A DNA stretch of 50,307 nucleotides from positions 1-50,307 of IMG/VR virus record IMGVR_UViG_3300020379_000976. One strand, written 5' to 3'. The position numbers and the translations under genes were made by a program. Below are positions 19,275-29,072 of the stretch, one piece after another. The DNA is from a virus (lineage: Duplodnaviria; Caudoviricetes). The notes below the pieces were generated by a model, which worked only from the letters and a program-made list of their open reading frames with translations, was not told where the DNA came from and ran no database searches. The stretch's first letter is position 1. Each line of letters opens with the position of its first letter.

Positions 19275-22200
19275 ATGGCAAGTAACATACTTAAGTTTCA
19301 TCCTAGTAATTTAATTACAGGAATAAACATTGTTGATGACATGCTGTTTTTTACAGATGGTGTTAACGAACCTAAAAAAATAGACCTAAATATATTTAGA
19401 GCTGCAGATCACTCTACAGGTAATACTATTGTATATGGTAGAAACTTTCAAGAAAGAGATATAACGGTTATTAGACCTCATCCACAAACAGCTATAACAA
19501 CTACTACCTCTGCTTCAACCGCTATAATAAATCCTATAGCATCTGCTCCACTTATTCAAACCGATAAAGCATATACTCAAAGCACAGATGTTATATTATA
19601 TGGTCAAGCTAGAAGCGGAACATTACCTTTTACAGAAAGAGGTTTTGTGTATAAGCAAATAGATTCTTTAGACGCACCAACATTACAAGAGTTATTATCA
19701 GGAGGTACGCCAATTGTATCTCATACTAATGGTGGAAGATTTGACGCAAAAGTATCTGGATTAGTTTTAACTAAAAGATATTATTATATTGCATATGCAA
19801 AAAATGCTGTTACTCCTGGAAAAATTTATGCAAAAAATGTAGATGGTACAGATGATATAGAAACATTTGTAATTAACGATACTTCAAATGCAGCATTCAC
19901 ACCTAATTTAGCGGTTGAAACAACTAGTATTATATCAGCAGATAATTTCCCAGGTAGAGCACCACAAGGCAGTATAGTATTGCATGGTACTATTATTTCG
20001 GGTACTAATATGGCAACTATAACAAATAAAGGTTTTTATGTTTACAAAACTGTTACCTCAGATGCTATTACATTTGGAAATAATGATATTTTAATGGATG
20101 TTTCATCTCTTAATAATAAAAATAATGATGTTTTATTTTCTATCGATGGAGGTAACGTTCATACTAAATTTCCAAACGGAAATGATGATCCTAGTGGACG
20201 TCATTTTATTACAACTATTGATGATTTTAATTTTGGTGAAAAACTATTTGTACAAGCTTTTGCATCTACAGGTATAGATCCAGTTGAAAGAGTTGGCAAA
20301 ATTAAATCTTTTCCTATATCTGCATCAACTGATCCTAATAATAAAGCTGTACAACATAAACCAAATCCATCAATGCGAGAGCCTGATCAAAATAATACTT
20401 CTGTAACTATGAAGGCCCGTATTGATCATGATAATTGGCATATAAGTACATCTGGTAGATTAGAAAGAGGTTTTTATTTTTCTAAAAAATCATTTGATGT
20501 TAAAAAAATAACTACACTTACATTTGCATCAGGAATAGGTACCGAGGTTGATCAAGGATATAATGGTAGAATAGAATGGAAACAAGCTACAAACGATCCA
20601 GAAATATTTAGAGTATCTCAATTTTGGGATGGTGGTTATATGCAATCTGAAGAAGTGTATGCTGTTGAAACTTCTGCAATATCAGCTTTTAGCATTACAA
20701 GAGATGAAAGTATATTTATATGTGCTTTTGGGAGAAGTAATTTTGGTGAAGGATACGAAAGAAATAGAGGCAAGTCTGCTGTAAAAGAATATAAAGCTGG
20801 AACAGGAAGTGCAAATACACCGATTACAATAACAGCTGACGCTATTAGATTTACTGCTGGAAAAATAGAAGTTGATGTTACTATAGCCCATAATACACCT
20901 GTTGCTACTGAAATGGGATTATATTTTACATCACAAGAGCCAGGTGTTGAATTAGGTAACGGTACTAATTTACAAAAACAAGGCATAATATTAGATAGAG
21001 CACAAAGACAAAATGATAACTTTGCTAGAATGATACCTGGACCAGCAACTAGTATTAAAGATATAAATGGCCAAGTTGTTTTAAATACCTCGACACAAAA
21101 AATACAAGCAGGTAATTTTACTTTTCAATATGGATTTGATATTGATAGATTTCCAATAACAAATGGTACAGGCAATGTTTCTAGTAAACTACCTATAGCT
21201 AGAAAAGATTATTATGCTTTACCTTTTGTAAAAGTTAATAACCAAGAAATATATGGCTCAGTGATTGGGCCACCTAAATTAGGCAACATAAATGAACCGC
21301 CAGATATTGAAACTTTAAATTATACAGGTAATCAAATAAGTGGCGGGCAACCTAAAGTTACTTTTAATGGTAAAGTGTTTGAACAATTATCTAATACACC
21401 TACATTAACAGAAGCTGGTTTTATATTTGGAACAAATGCAAATGAAGTTGCCGCGGGAACTGGAAGTACCATTGTTGCGGTAAGTAATACCGTTACAAGT
21501 AATACACCAAGTAGTATATCTTTGCTAAACTCATTTTTAGGGCAGCAAGGATCAGCCGGGCAAACCCCTAAATTTTCAGTGCAGGCTACCCTTACAGGAC
21601 AGCATGGACAAGTTATTTATTATATAGCTTATGTTAAAATATCAGGTGATGGCGGTAATACTTTACATTTAGCAGAAGATGATAATCAAACAGGTGATTA
21701 CGGTAAAGGTGTTGTAAGAGTACAATTACAAGGTACTACAGCCGTAACTTCTGGTATTGGTACTAGGCTACCTGTACCAGAATTATTAGTTGTAAAAGAT
21801 GTGGGTAGAAAAGCTGCTACATTTAGAGCAAACCAAGGTGATAATGGAGGTTCTAATAAAAGCTTAACTGAAATGACACCTAAGTTTTATTACATGAAGG
21901 AATCTTCTGTGCCTAGCGCTTCATTATATAGAGGATCAAGTACAGTTACAGAAGCAACAACACAAGCATATCTTAAAAATAATGCTGCTAGTTCTCCTAA
22001 TGCAACATCAGGGGTTGTTACTGTAACTGCTGACACTGATGATTTATCAAACTTAAAAAATACAATAGCAACAACTATTTCAGGATTAGACGCAAACACT
22101 AGATATATTTATTTTGTTACAGCAAACAACGGTGTAGCGATTACATCGTCTCCTTTTGCACAAGGTGAAGGGCCTTCAAAAAGATGTTTTTCTTTTAAAA

Positions 22201-23045
22201 CACAACCTAAACCACCAGCATTTCCTAATGGACAAAGAGCATTTTCTAAAATTATAGAAATAAAAAATGTAACAACAAATTCTGCAGAAGTACATATTAA
22301 ATGGACAGGTGGTGGTGGAGATATTTCAACTATTACAAAACACGGTGTTTATTATGCTAAAACATCTGCAATGAGTTCACCGTTTACTATTGTAAGTATT
22401 TGGAATGCAAATCCTGCTAAAACTTTTGTTTCAACAAGTGAACCATTAGAAGATATTGCACCATTAACAGGGTTAGATCCCGGCACAGAGTACCATGTAT
22501 GTTGCACTATGCTAAATGATAATACTCTTGGCGATATTGCAGGAATGACCGGATCAGGAGGTGAAGGCATTAGTAGTGTTAAAAAATTTACAACACTTGG
22601 AGGAACAGCTGCTAACCCTATACCTGTACCAGTAAAAAGCTTAAAAGTTAATCCTACAAGAATTATAGTAGCTGAAAATGGTAAAAAACAAGTTTTTGGT
22701 CGTAATAACTATGGTCAAACTACATCAATGCGATATTCAAATCCTTCTTTTACTATTGCAGTATCACCAAAAGATGCAGAACTTAAAGATTCTGATATAA
22801 CTTTTCCAGCTTACAATTTTTTGAATCCAAAAGTTTGTATTAATAAATTAAAATTAATTAAAATTTTTAACGGGCAATATAGAGTTGAGCTTGAAATAAG
22901 ACCAAATACAGGTATATTTTCAAAACCAAGTTTAGGCACAACTATAACAGTTAAACACCCTGATCCACTTGTAAAAGCAGCTACGGTTGAAATATCACAA
23001 TGTGGTCCCGCTAAAAATAAACCAATTTTTACAAAATGGCCTTAA
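19275..23045 (+). CDS. Tail stabilization protein middle piece plus about 7 FN3-like repeats
   Basis: LKF...NLITGINIVDDMLFFTDG.NEPKKI start; repeated (T/E)xGFxY ... GL....YY..AY units. Confidence 0.65.
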   Translation: MASNILKFHPSNLITGINIVDDMLFFTDGVNEPKKIDLNIFRAADHSTGNTIVYGRNFQERDITVIRPHPQTAITTTTSASTAIINPIASAPLIQTDKAYTQSTDVILYGQARSGTLPFTERGFVYKQIDSLDAPTLQELLSGGTPIVSHTNGGRFDAKVSGLVLTKRYYYIAYAKNAVTPGKIYAKNVDGTDDIETFVINDTSNAAFTPNLAVETTSIISADNFPGRAPQGSIVLHGTIISGTNMATITNKGFYVYKTVTSDAITFGNNDILMDVSSLNNKNNDVLFSIDGGNVHTKFPNGNDDPSGRHFITTIDDFNFGEKLFVQAFASTGIDPVERVGKIKSFPISASTDPNNKAVQHKPNPSMREPDQNNTSVTMKARIDHDNWHISTSGRLERGFYFSKKSFDVKKITTLTFASGIGTEVDQGYNGRIEWKQATNDPEIFRVSQFWDGGYMQSEEVYAVETSAISAFSITRDESIFICAFGRSNFGEGYERNRGKSAVKEYKAGTGSANTPITITADAIRFTAGKIEVDVTIAHNTPVATEMGLYFTSQEPGVELGNGTNLQKQGIILDRAQRQNDNFARMIPGPATSIKDINGQVVLNTSTQKIQAGNFTFQYGFDIDRFPITNGTGNVSSKLPIARKDYYALPFVKVNNQEIYGSVIGPPKLGNINEPPDIETLNYTGNQISGGQPKVTFNGKVFEQLSNTPTLTEAGFIFGTNANEVAAGTGSTIVAVSNTVTSNTPSSISLLNSFLGQQGSAGQTPKFSVQATLTGQHGQVIYYIAYVKISGDGGNTLHLAEDDNQTGDYGKGVVRVQLQGTTAVTSGIGTRLPVPELLVVKDVGRKAATFRANQGDNGGSNKSLTEMTPKFYYMKESSVPSASLYRGSSTVTEATTQAYLKNNAASSPNATSGVVTVTADTDDLSNLKNTIATTISGLDANTRYIYFVTANNGVAITSSPFAQGEGPSKRCFSFKTQPKPPAFPNGQRAFSKIIEIKNVTTNSAEVHIKWTGGGGDISTITKHGVYYAKTSAMSSPFTIVSIWNANPAKTFVSTSEPLEDIAPLTGLDPGTEYHVCCTMLNDNTLGDIAGMTGSGGEGISSVKKFTTLGGTAANPIPVPVKSLKVNPTRIIVAENGKKQVFGRNNYGQTTSMRYSNPSFTIAVSPKDAELKDSDITFPAYNFLNPKVCINKLKLIKIFNGQYRVELEIRPNTGIFSKPSLGTTITVKHPDPLVKAATVEISQCGPAKNKPIFTKWP

Positions 23046-23060
23046 AATATATAATATAGT

Positions 23061-26000
23061 ATGTCAGAAAAATTACCATTTGAAAAAATTTTTCCGTATT
23101 TTAGTTACAGATGGCGTTATAACGATGGACAATTCTCTCCTTATGCACCATTTAGTAAAGTTGCTTTTCTTCCTAAAGATCCTAATGTTGAAGATTTTTT
23201 TAGAAGAGGACACAATACTGCTGTAGCAAATAAATTAGAACAAATAACTTTAAAAGATATAGATAGAGGAGGACCAGATGTAGAGGCTGTAGATATATTA
23301 TATACAGAATCTATTTCAAGTACTATTTATGTTTTAAAAACTATTGAAATACCTGAAGCTGAAAGAGGCAACGGTAGTCCTTTAACTGTTCAATTAAAAG
23401 AAAGAAGTTTTGGTGCAGCTTTACCTAGTACTCAATTAACAAGACAATTTGATAGTGTACCTAAAAGTGCTAAAGCACAAGAGGTTACAGCTAATAGAGT
23501 TATATATGGTAATTATATTTCTAAATATAATCAAAATGATAATTTAAAAATTGAACTTAGTACAGCTGTTTTTCCAGATCCTTTAAATGGACCATCTTTA
23601 AAAGGTAATAGAACCTATGAAGTTGGTGTTGCATATATGGATAGGTTTGGAAGAATAGGCGGTATGTTAACTCAAAAAGCACCTGATACAGCTGTTGAAG
23701 GCTCAAGTATAAAAACAGCTTTTACACAAAGATTTAGAACTGGATTAACAGCAAAAATAACTAGTGATCCACCTGAGTGGGCTAAGTTTTATAGATACTA
23801 TGTAAAAGATGTATCGGGTGAGCATTTTAATTTATCTGCATTTAATATATATAATGATGGTACAGTACACGATACTGAATCAGATAATGTTTATTTACAG
23901 TTTAATTCTACAGATAGAAATAAAATAACAGAAGATACTGTATTAATACCTAGAAGACATACATTTGAAAGAAAATTAAATGGTGCTGCTGTAGAAACTT
24001 TATTTGCAGGAGAATCAAGACATCCTGTGTTAGGTATTGAAAACGATGCTCCTGATGTTGTTAAAGGCCAAGTTACAGAAAGAAAGGTTGTACCTATAGC
24101 TACATTTTTAGAAGAGCAACATGACATTTTTGATGGTAATGCTTCTAATGGAGCAACAGGAATAAATAAAGTAACTTTAAATGCTGGGGCAACAACTTTT
24201 GTAGTTGACGATGAAGATAAAGGTGGTATGGGAATAATTGTAAGTCAATTAAATAATTATTTTGCATCCCAAGATAACTCTGCAGCTGTATTTACTCCAT
24301 TAAAAGGTGATACAAGCAGCGGTGCACAAACACAAAACTGTACAGCTTTTCCAGATAGACTAGCTTTAAAATTTAAAGGCAGAGGAAATGGTAATAATCA
24401 ATTTGATTCAGATCTTGTTTTAGTAGACAGTGTTTCATTTATAAGATTTAATGGTGAAGACAGAAGAAATGGTTTAAAATTTACTGTTTCATCAAGGGTT
24501 GATGAAGATGGAATGACAATAGCTGGAACTGGTATAAGTACAGGAAACGCTGATTTAGACTCTAGCGGGGGTCCAACCCATGATTTAAAACTATTTAAAC
24601 TAGGATTATCTACAGATGGTGAAAATAAATTAAAAGGTTCGTTTTTTGTAAAGGTACCTAGACTATTTTCAACTACAGCAACAATTGTTGCATCGGGCAC
24701 AGGTCTAATAGCAGGGCAAACGCCATTTAAAAATGATGGTAATGTTAAAAGTAATGAAATTAAAGAGGCTAACTTTGAAACAGAACCGGGACCAGACTCT
24801 AATTTAGATTTATATTTTGAAGGTAACAGAACTTATGAAGTTAGAGATGATGATGGTAATATTACAGAGCATGGACAACTAAATACAGTAGAATTTGCAA
24901 ATTGTATTGCTACGGCAGAAGATACTTCAAAAGAAGTTTATTTAGAATCAAGAAAACTTTTTGATAAGTTTAACACTATTGAATTAGCAAAAGGTATTAG
25001 AGTAAATACACCTGATCCAAGATACGCAGAAGAAAATAGAAAAACAGGATTAATATTTTCTGGTTTATATAATTCTAAAACCGGTACAAATAATTTAAAT
25101 CAATTTGATTTATCTACAGGTATTACTAAAGAACTTGAACCAAATTATGGGGGTATACAAAAGTTATATACGCTTGATACAAATTTATTAGCGCTTGCTG
25201 AAGATAAAGTATTTAGAATATTAGCTGATAAAGATGCATTATTTAATGCTGACGATGGTGTAAATGTTACTGCAACTAATTTAGTATTAGGCCAAGCAAT
25301 GGCATATCAAGGTAATTATGGTATAAGTACACATCCTGAATCATTTGTATATTTTAGAAATAATGTTTATTTTTCAGATGCTAAAAGAGGTAGTATTGTA
25401 CAACTATCACCCGCTAACGGGCAAATGTTTCCTATTAGCTCAAAAGGTATGTCAAACTTCTTTAGAGATAGATTAAGTGCACTGCAAACTACAACAGCCA
25501 CAGATAATGATGGAAATGTATTTAATACAGCTAAAATTTTAGGGCTCTACGACGGGCACAAAAAAAATTATGTAGTATCAATACAAGGGTACAACCAATC
25601 GGATGCGTCTATTGGCTCCGAAAGTATCCCAAATGAAACATCTAACATTACTTTATCGTATAGTTTAAACTCACAAGGCTGGACAACTAGATATTCGTTT
25701 ATTCCAGAAACAGGAATTAGTATGAATAATAGATTTTTTACCTTTAAAGATGGTAAAGCATATTTACATCATTCTAATACCGCAAATAGAAATAACTTTT
25801 ATGGAGTTGCTGGTAATTCAGAAGTACAAGTGATATTTAACGATAATCCTTCTTTTGTTTCAGATTGGCTTAGTTTAAATTATGAAGGTACAACTGGATG
25901 GTTAGCATCGGAAATACTAGGTGAACAAGATTCAACTTATAGTATAACCAATGTTAGATTATTAGATTCTGAGGATTCTAATTTTGATGGTTGGTTTTTA

Positions 26001-26231
26001 AAAGAAGGTAAATATTATGGATCTATAGTTGGTACACAACCTGTATATATTATACAACCAGGTAGCAGTATAGGTGCAGATGGATTTTATCCATTAATTC
26101 AAGACGGATCAAACACACAAGATATATCCGGTACAAAAGGCTTTTTCTTAAAAGCAAGATTTAAAAATACATCAACTTCTGTATGTGAACTTGCAGCAGT
26201 TGGAAGTGAATATTATATTAGTCAAACTTAA
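23061..26231 (+). CDS. Tail stabilization protein C-terminal main body
   Basis: FE..FP.FSYRW.Y.DG..S..APFS.VAF, ANRVIYGNY, YGGIQKL and YGISTHPESF motifs. Confidence 0.7.
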   Translation: MSEKLPFEKIFPYFSYRWRYNDGQFSPYAPFSKVAFLPKDPNVEDFFRRGHNTAVANKLEQITLKDIDRGGPDVEAVDILYTESISSTIYVLKTIEIPEAERGNGSPLTVQLKERSFGAALPSTQLTRQFDSVPKSAKAQEVTANRVIYGNYISKYNQNDNLKIELSTAVFPDPLNGPSLKGNRTYEVGVAYMDRFGRIGGMLTQKAPDTAVEGSSIKTAFTQRFRTGLTAKITSDPPEWAKFYRYYVKDVSGEHFNLSAFNIYNDGTVHDTESDNVYLQFNSTDRNKITEDTVLIPRRHTFERKLNGAAVETLFAGESRHPVLGIENDAPDVVKGQVTERKVVPIATFLEEQHDIFDGNASNGATGINKVTLNAGATTFVVDDEDKGGMGIIVSQLNNYFASQDNSAAVFTPLKGDTSSGAQTQNCTAFPDRLALKFKGRGNGNNQFDSDLVLVDSVSFIRFNGEDRRNGLKFTVSSRVDEDGMTIAGTGISTGNADLDSSGGPTHDLKLFKLGLSTDGENKLKGSFFVKVPRLFSTTATIVASGTGLIAGQTPFKNDGNVKSNEIKEANFETEPGPDSNLDLYFEGNRTYEVRDDDGNITEHGQLNTVEFANCIATAEDTSKEVYLESRKLFDKFNTIELAKGIRVNTPDPRYAEENRKTGLIFSGLYNSKTGTNNLNQFDLSTGITKELEPNYGGIQKLYTLDTNLLALAEDKVFRILADKDALFNADDGVNVTATNLVLGQAMAYQGNYGISTHPESFVYFRNNVYFSDAKRGSIVQLSPANGQMFPISSKGMSNFFRDRLSALQTTTATDNDGNVFNTAKILGLYDGHKKNYVVSIQGYNQSDASIGSESIPNETSNITLSYSLNSQGWTTRYSFIPETGISMNNRFFTFKDGKAYLHHSNTANRNNFYGVAGNSEVQVIFNDNPSFVSDWLSLNYEGTTGWLASEILGEQDSTYSITNVRLLDSEDSNFDGWFLKEGKYYGSIVGTQPVYIIQPGSSIGADGFYPLIQDGSNTQDISGTKGFFLKARFKNTSTSVCELAAVGSEYYISQT

Positions 26232-26246
26232 AAAAAATAAATTATT

Positions 26247-26864
26247 ATGTCAAGTCCGTTAAAATTAGCTAATCCGGTATCAGCTATTGCTGGTGCAGTA
26301 GGAGGTTTAGGGCAAATTGCTACAGGCATATTTGGTAGCAGAAGAAGAAAAAGAGAAGCTAGAGCTGCACAAGGAGAATTTAATGCTGCAAGACAAGGTA
26401 TTCTTGATACAACATTTACAAATCAGTTTTCAGGTCTTGATAATCCGTTTGAGGATATGCAAGTAAATTTACAAGCATCTCAGTTTCAAGGGCAACAAAC
26501 AGATCAAGCTTTAGCACAAGGTTTAGATGCCGCTGTACAATCAGGTGGTGGTGCAACAGGATCTGCACAAGCTATAGCCGACGCTGCTCTCCGTTCTAAA
26601 CAAAATATTGCAGCTGATATTGCAAGACAGGAATCTGCTAACCAAAAAATGGCTGCAGACGCACAAATGCAATTAGACTTTAGAGCTGCGCAATCTGCAG
26701 ATGATATACAACTTAGAAATTACGATAAGCAACAACAGGTGTTAAATTTAGCGGCAGCAAGAAAACAAGCAGCTGATCAAGCAAGAGCACAAGCTACAGC
26801 AGCTATAACATCAGGGTTTGGATCAATAGCTGGGTCTGCAGCCGGTGGTGCATTTGATAAATAA
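26247..26864 (+). CDS. Putative ejection/DNA pilot protein
   Basis: A/G/Q-rich, hydrophobic Gly-rich ends, coiled-coil core; first of three post-tail genes. Confidence 0.6.
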   Translation: MSSPLKLANPVSAIAGAVGGLGQIATGIFGSRRRKREARAAQGEFNAARQGILDTTFTNQFSGLDNPFEDMQVNLQASQFQGQQTDQALAQGLDAAVQSGGGATGSAQAIADAALRSKQNIAADIARQESANQKMAADAQMQLDFRAAQSADDIQLRNYDKQQQVLNLAAARKQAADQARAQATAAITSGFGSIAGSAAGGAFDK

Positions 26865-26873
26865 TAAAATAAT

Positions 26874-29066
26874 ATGAGCAACAACAAATCAAACAGTCCA
26901 TTTTTTGCAATAGGACAAGGTATAAATCAACTTTTAGACTATCAAATGATAGCTGCCGCTGGCGCTCCAAGAAACTTTTTAGGCTTAGCTATTGGTAATA
27001 TAGGATCTCACATTTCTAGATTAGATTTTTCTGAAATGACTAAAGACAAAGAAACTCCAGCTGAACTTAAATCCGTTGGCATGGGAGAAGAGTACGAAGG
27101 CTTTGGGGGAAGTTATGGAAAAGAATATGATTTTGGGGCAGAAGATCCTTTTGCAGATTTAAATAAATTTTATTTTTTAACAAATAAAGGTAAAGAAAAA
27201 GTTACTACAGCATCTACTAAAGGTGGTGAAAATGTTGAAGAAGTAGAAGAAGAAGATCCTAGTTTTAATTTAAAATATGGTTTTGATGAATCTAACCAAA
27301 ATGCTCCTGGAATAAATGTTGGTAGTGGTAATACAGGATTTGATACTAATCAAATGAAAAACAAAATTGGAGATCCAAATCAACAATTAAAAAATGAACA
27401 GTTTTTTAAAAGTCTTAATCTAAAATACGATAAAATTAAAAAAGACGGAAAGGTTGATTTTAACAAAATATTGCAAGAAGAAAAGGAAAAACAAAAGAAA
27501 AGAAAAGAAGATAAGCTTTTTGGAAAATCTAAATATTTAAGAAATTTTAAAAAAGGTCTACCAAGATTAAAACCAGAAATATTAGATATAATTGAAAACT
27601 CAAGATATAAAAGAAAAGGTAAGGATGATACTAAACTACATAGGATAGGGTATTTTGCTAGAAGTCCTTTTTATAAAACCGATGGTAAATCTTTTAACAT
27701 GCTTGCTAAAGTAGCTGAAACTCCTGGTGATGCTTTTAGTGGTTTATTACCAAATGGTAAAAACCCAGCCATACAAGCTTATAATGCTGTAATTGAATCT
27801 GAAAATTATAGAAGAAAAATTAAAAATGATTTTGATGAAGATTTAACAGCTGAACTAGATACATTAAATGTAGACATGACTAAAGCTAATATTACTGGTC
27901 AACAAAGAGAAGATTTATTAAAGCTTTCGTTAAATAGTAAAAAAGAATTATCAGGTGCTTTTCAAAAATATGCAGAAGGAAAAATAGGTAAACTTGAATA
28001 TGAAACAATTAAATCAAAATTACTAAATGAAGTTGGAATGCTTTCTAGTGATTTAGGTTTAATTAAATCTAAAGCTGCAGATTTTTTAAAAAATAAAGAT
28101 AAAATAGATCTAGAAGCTAGTAATCCAGAAGTTGCTGATTTTTATCAAACAGCTATAAAAAATCCTGATAGTTTACGTGTAGATACAATTGGAGGAAAAA
28201 AATATTTTATAGGTACAACAAGGGGTGGTAAAGATTTTAAAATTGAAGTAGGTGCTATTTCTAACGGAGATGCCGGGTTTTTATTAACTGAAAAAGCAGA
28301 CGCTACTACTTATGTTAAAAATGCATTAACTACTATGCAAAACGCAACAATTGAAGGACAAACACCTTTAGGAATTGGACAGATGCAACAAGTAGATAAT
28401 ACCACAACTGATGAAAACGGTAATTTAGTAAAGAGTAACATAAGAAAAATTGGTGAAAATAAACTAATTGCAGATTTTAAACAAAATCCAGATATGGTTA
28501 GGTCTTTACTTGCTCAATATAGAGGTATTAATTATGAGGCTTATCAAGGGTTAATTAATAAGGATACCGATGGAGATGGTATTATAAATTCAGATGAAAT
28601 AAGATCAAATGAAGAAGGATTACTAACACAACTAGCTGAAGAAATGTACGATGAATTTGTTAGCCCTCAATATAATCCTAAATCTAAAACAACAAAAATG
28701 AGTACATCAGGGGGAAAAGGAGGTGCAAGTACCCAAAAAGAAAGAGATAGACTTAGATTTACAAAAGCGTGGGATGCTGCTCCTCTTCCAACACCTGAAA
28801 ATGTTTTAGGACAATATGGTAATTTAATAAATAAACAAAAATATAGAATTTACCAAAATAAAAAAGGTGAATATGGTATTGTTTCAGCTACATCAGGTAA
28901 AGGAATACCTGGTAGTAAAATTGATTTTAAAAACCAAACACCTCAAGAAATTAAGCAAAAATTATTAACATTTAGCCAATATGAATTATATGGGCAAGGT
29001 AATCTTAACCAAAATTTTACCGAAGAAGATGCTGCAAACTTTATAGCACAATTTGAAAATAAATAA
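26874..29066 (+). CDS. Putative internal virion (cargo) protein
   Basis: Position; contains a DTDGDG Ca-binding-like loop. Confidence 0.55.
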   Translation: MSNNKSNSPFFAIGQGINQLLDYQMIAAAGAPRNFLGLAIGNIGSHISRLDFSEMTKDKETPAELKSVGMGEEYEGFGGSYGKEYDFGAEDPFADLNKFYFLTNKGKEKVTTASTKGGENVEEVEEEDPSFNLKYGFDESNQNAPGINVGSGNTGFDTNQMKNKIGDPNQQLKNEQFFKSLNLKYDKIKKDGKVDFNKILQEEKEKQKKRKEDKLFGKSKYLRNFKKGLPRLKPEILDIIENSRYKRKGKDDTKLHRIGYFARSPFYKTDGKSFNMLAKVAETPGDAFSGLLPNGKNPAIQAYNAVIESENYRRKIKNDFDEDLTAELDTLNVDMTKANITGQQREDLLKLSLNSKKELSGAFQKYAEGKIGKLEYETIKSKLLNEVGMLSSDLGLIKSKAADFLKNKDKIDLEASNPEVADFYQTAIKNPDSLRVDTIGGKKYFIGTTRGGKDFKIEVGAISNGDAGFLLTEKADATTYVKNALTTMQNATIEGQTPLGIGQMQQVDNTTTDENGNLVKSNIRKIGENKLIADFKQNPDMVRSLLAQYRGINYEAYQGLINKDTDGDGIINSDEIRSNEEGLLTQLAEEMYDEFVSPQYNPKSKTTKMSTSGGKGGASTQKERDRLRFTKAWDAAPLPTPENVLGQYGNLINKQKYRIYQNKKGEYGIVSATSGKGIPGSKIDFKNQTPQEIKQKLLTFSQYELYGQGNLNQNFTEEDAANFIAQFENK

Positions 29067-29072
29067 TATTAT

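Noticed and set aside
21130-21150. GFDID resembling the crAss-like virion RNAP DFDID motif
   Set aside because: First Asp is missing and it lies within FN3-like repeats.
22987-23226. 79-aa ORF bridging two tail genes
   Set aside because: Shadow-frame composition with no codon shift.
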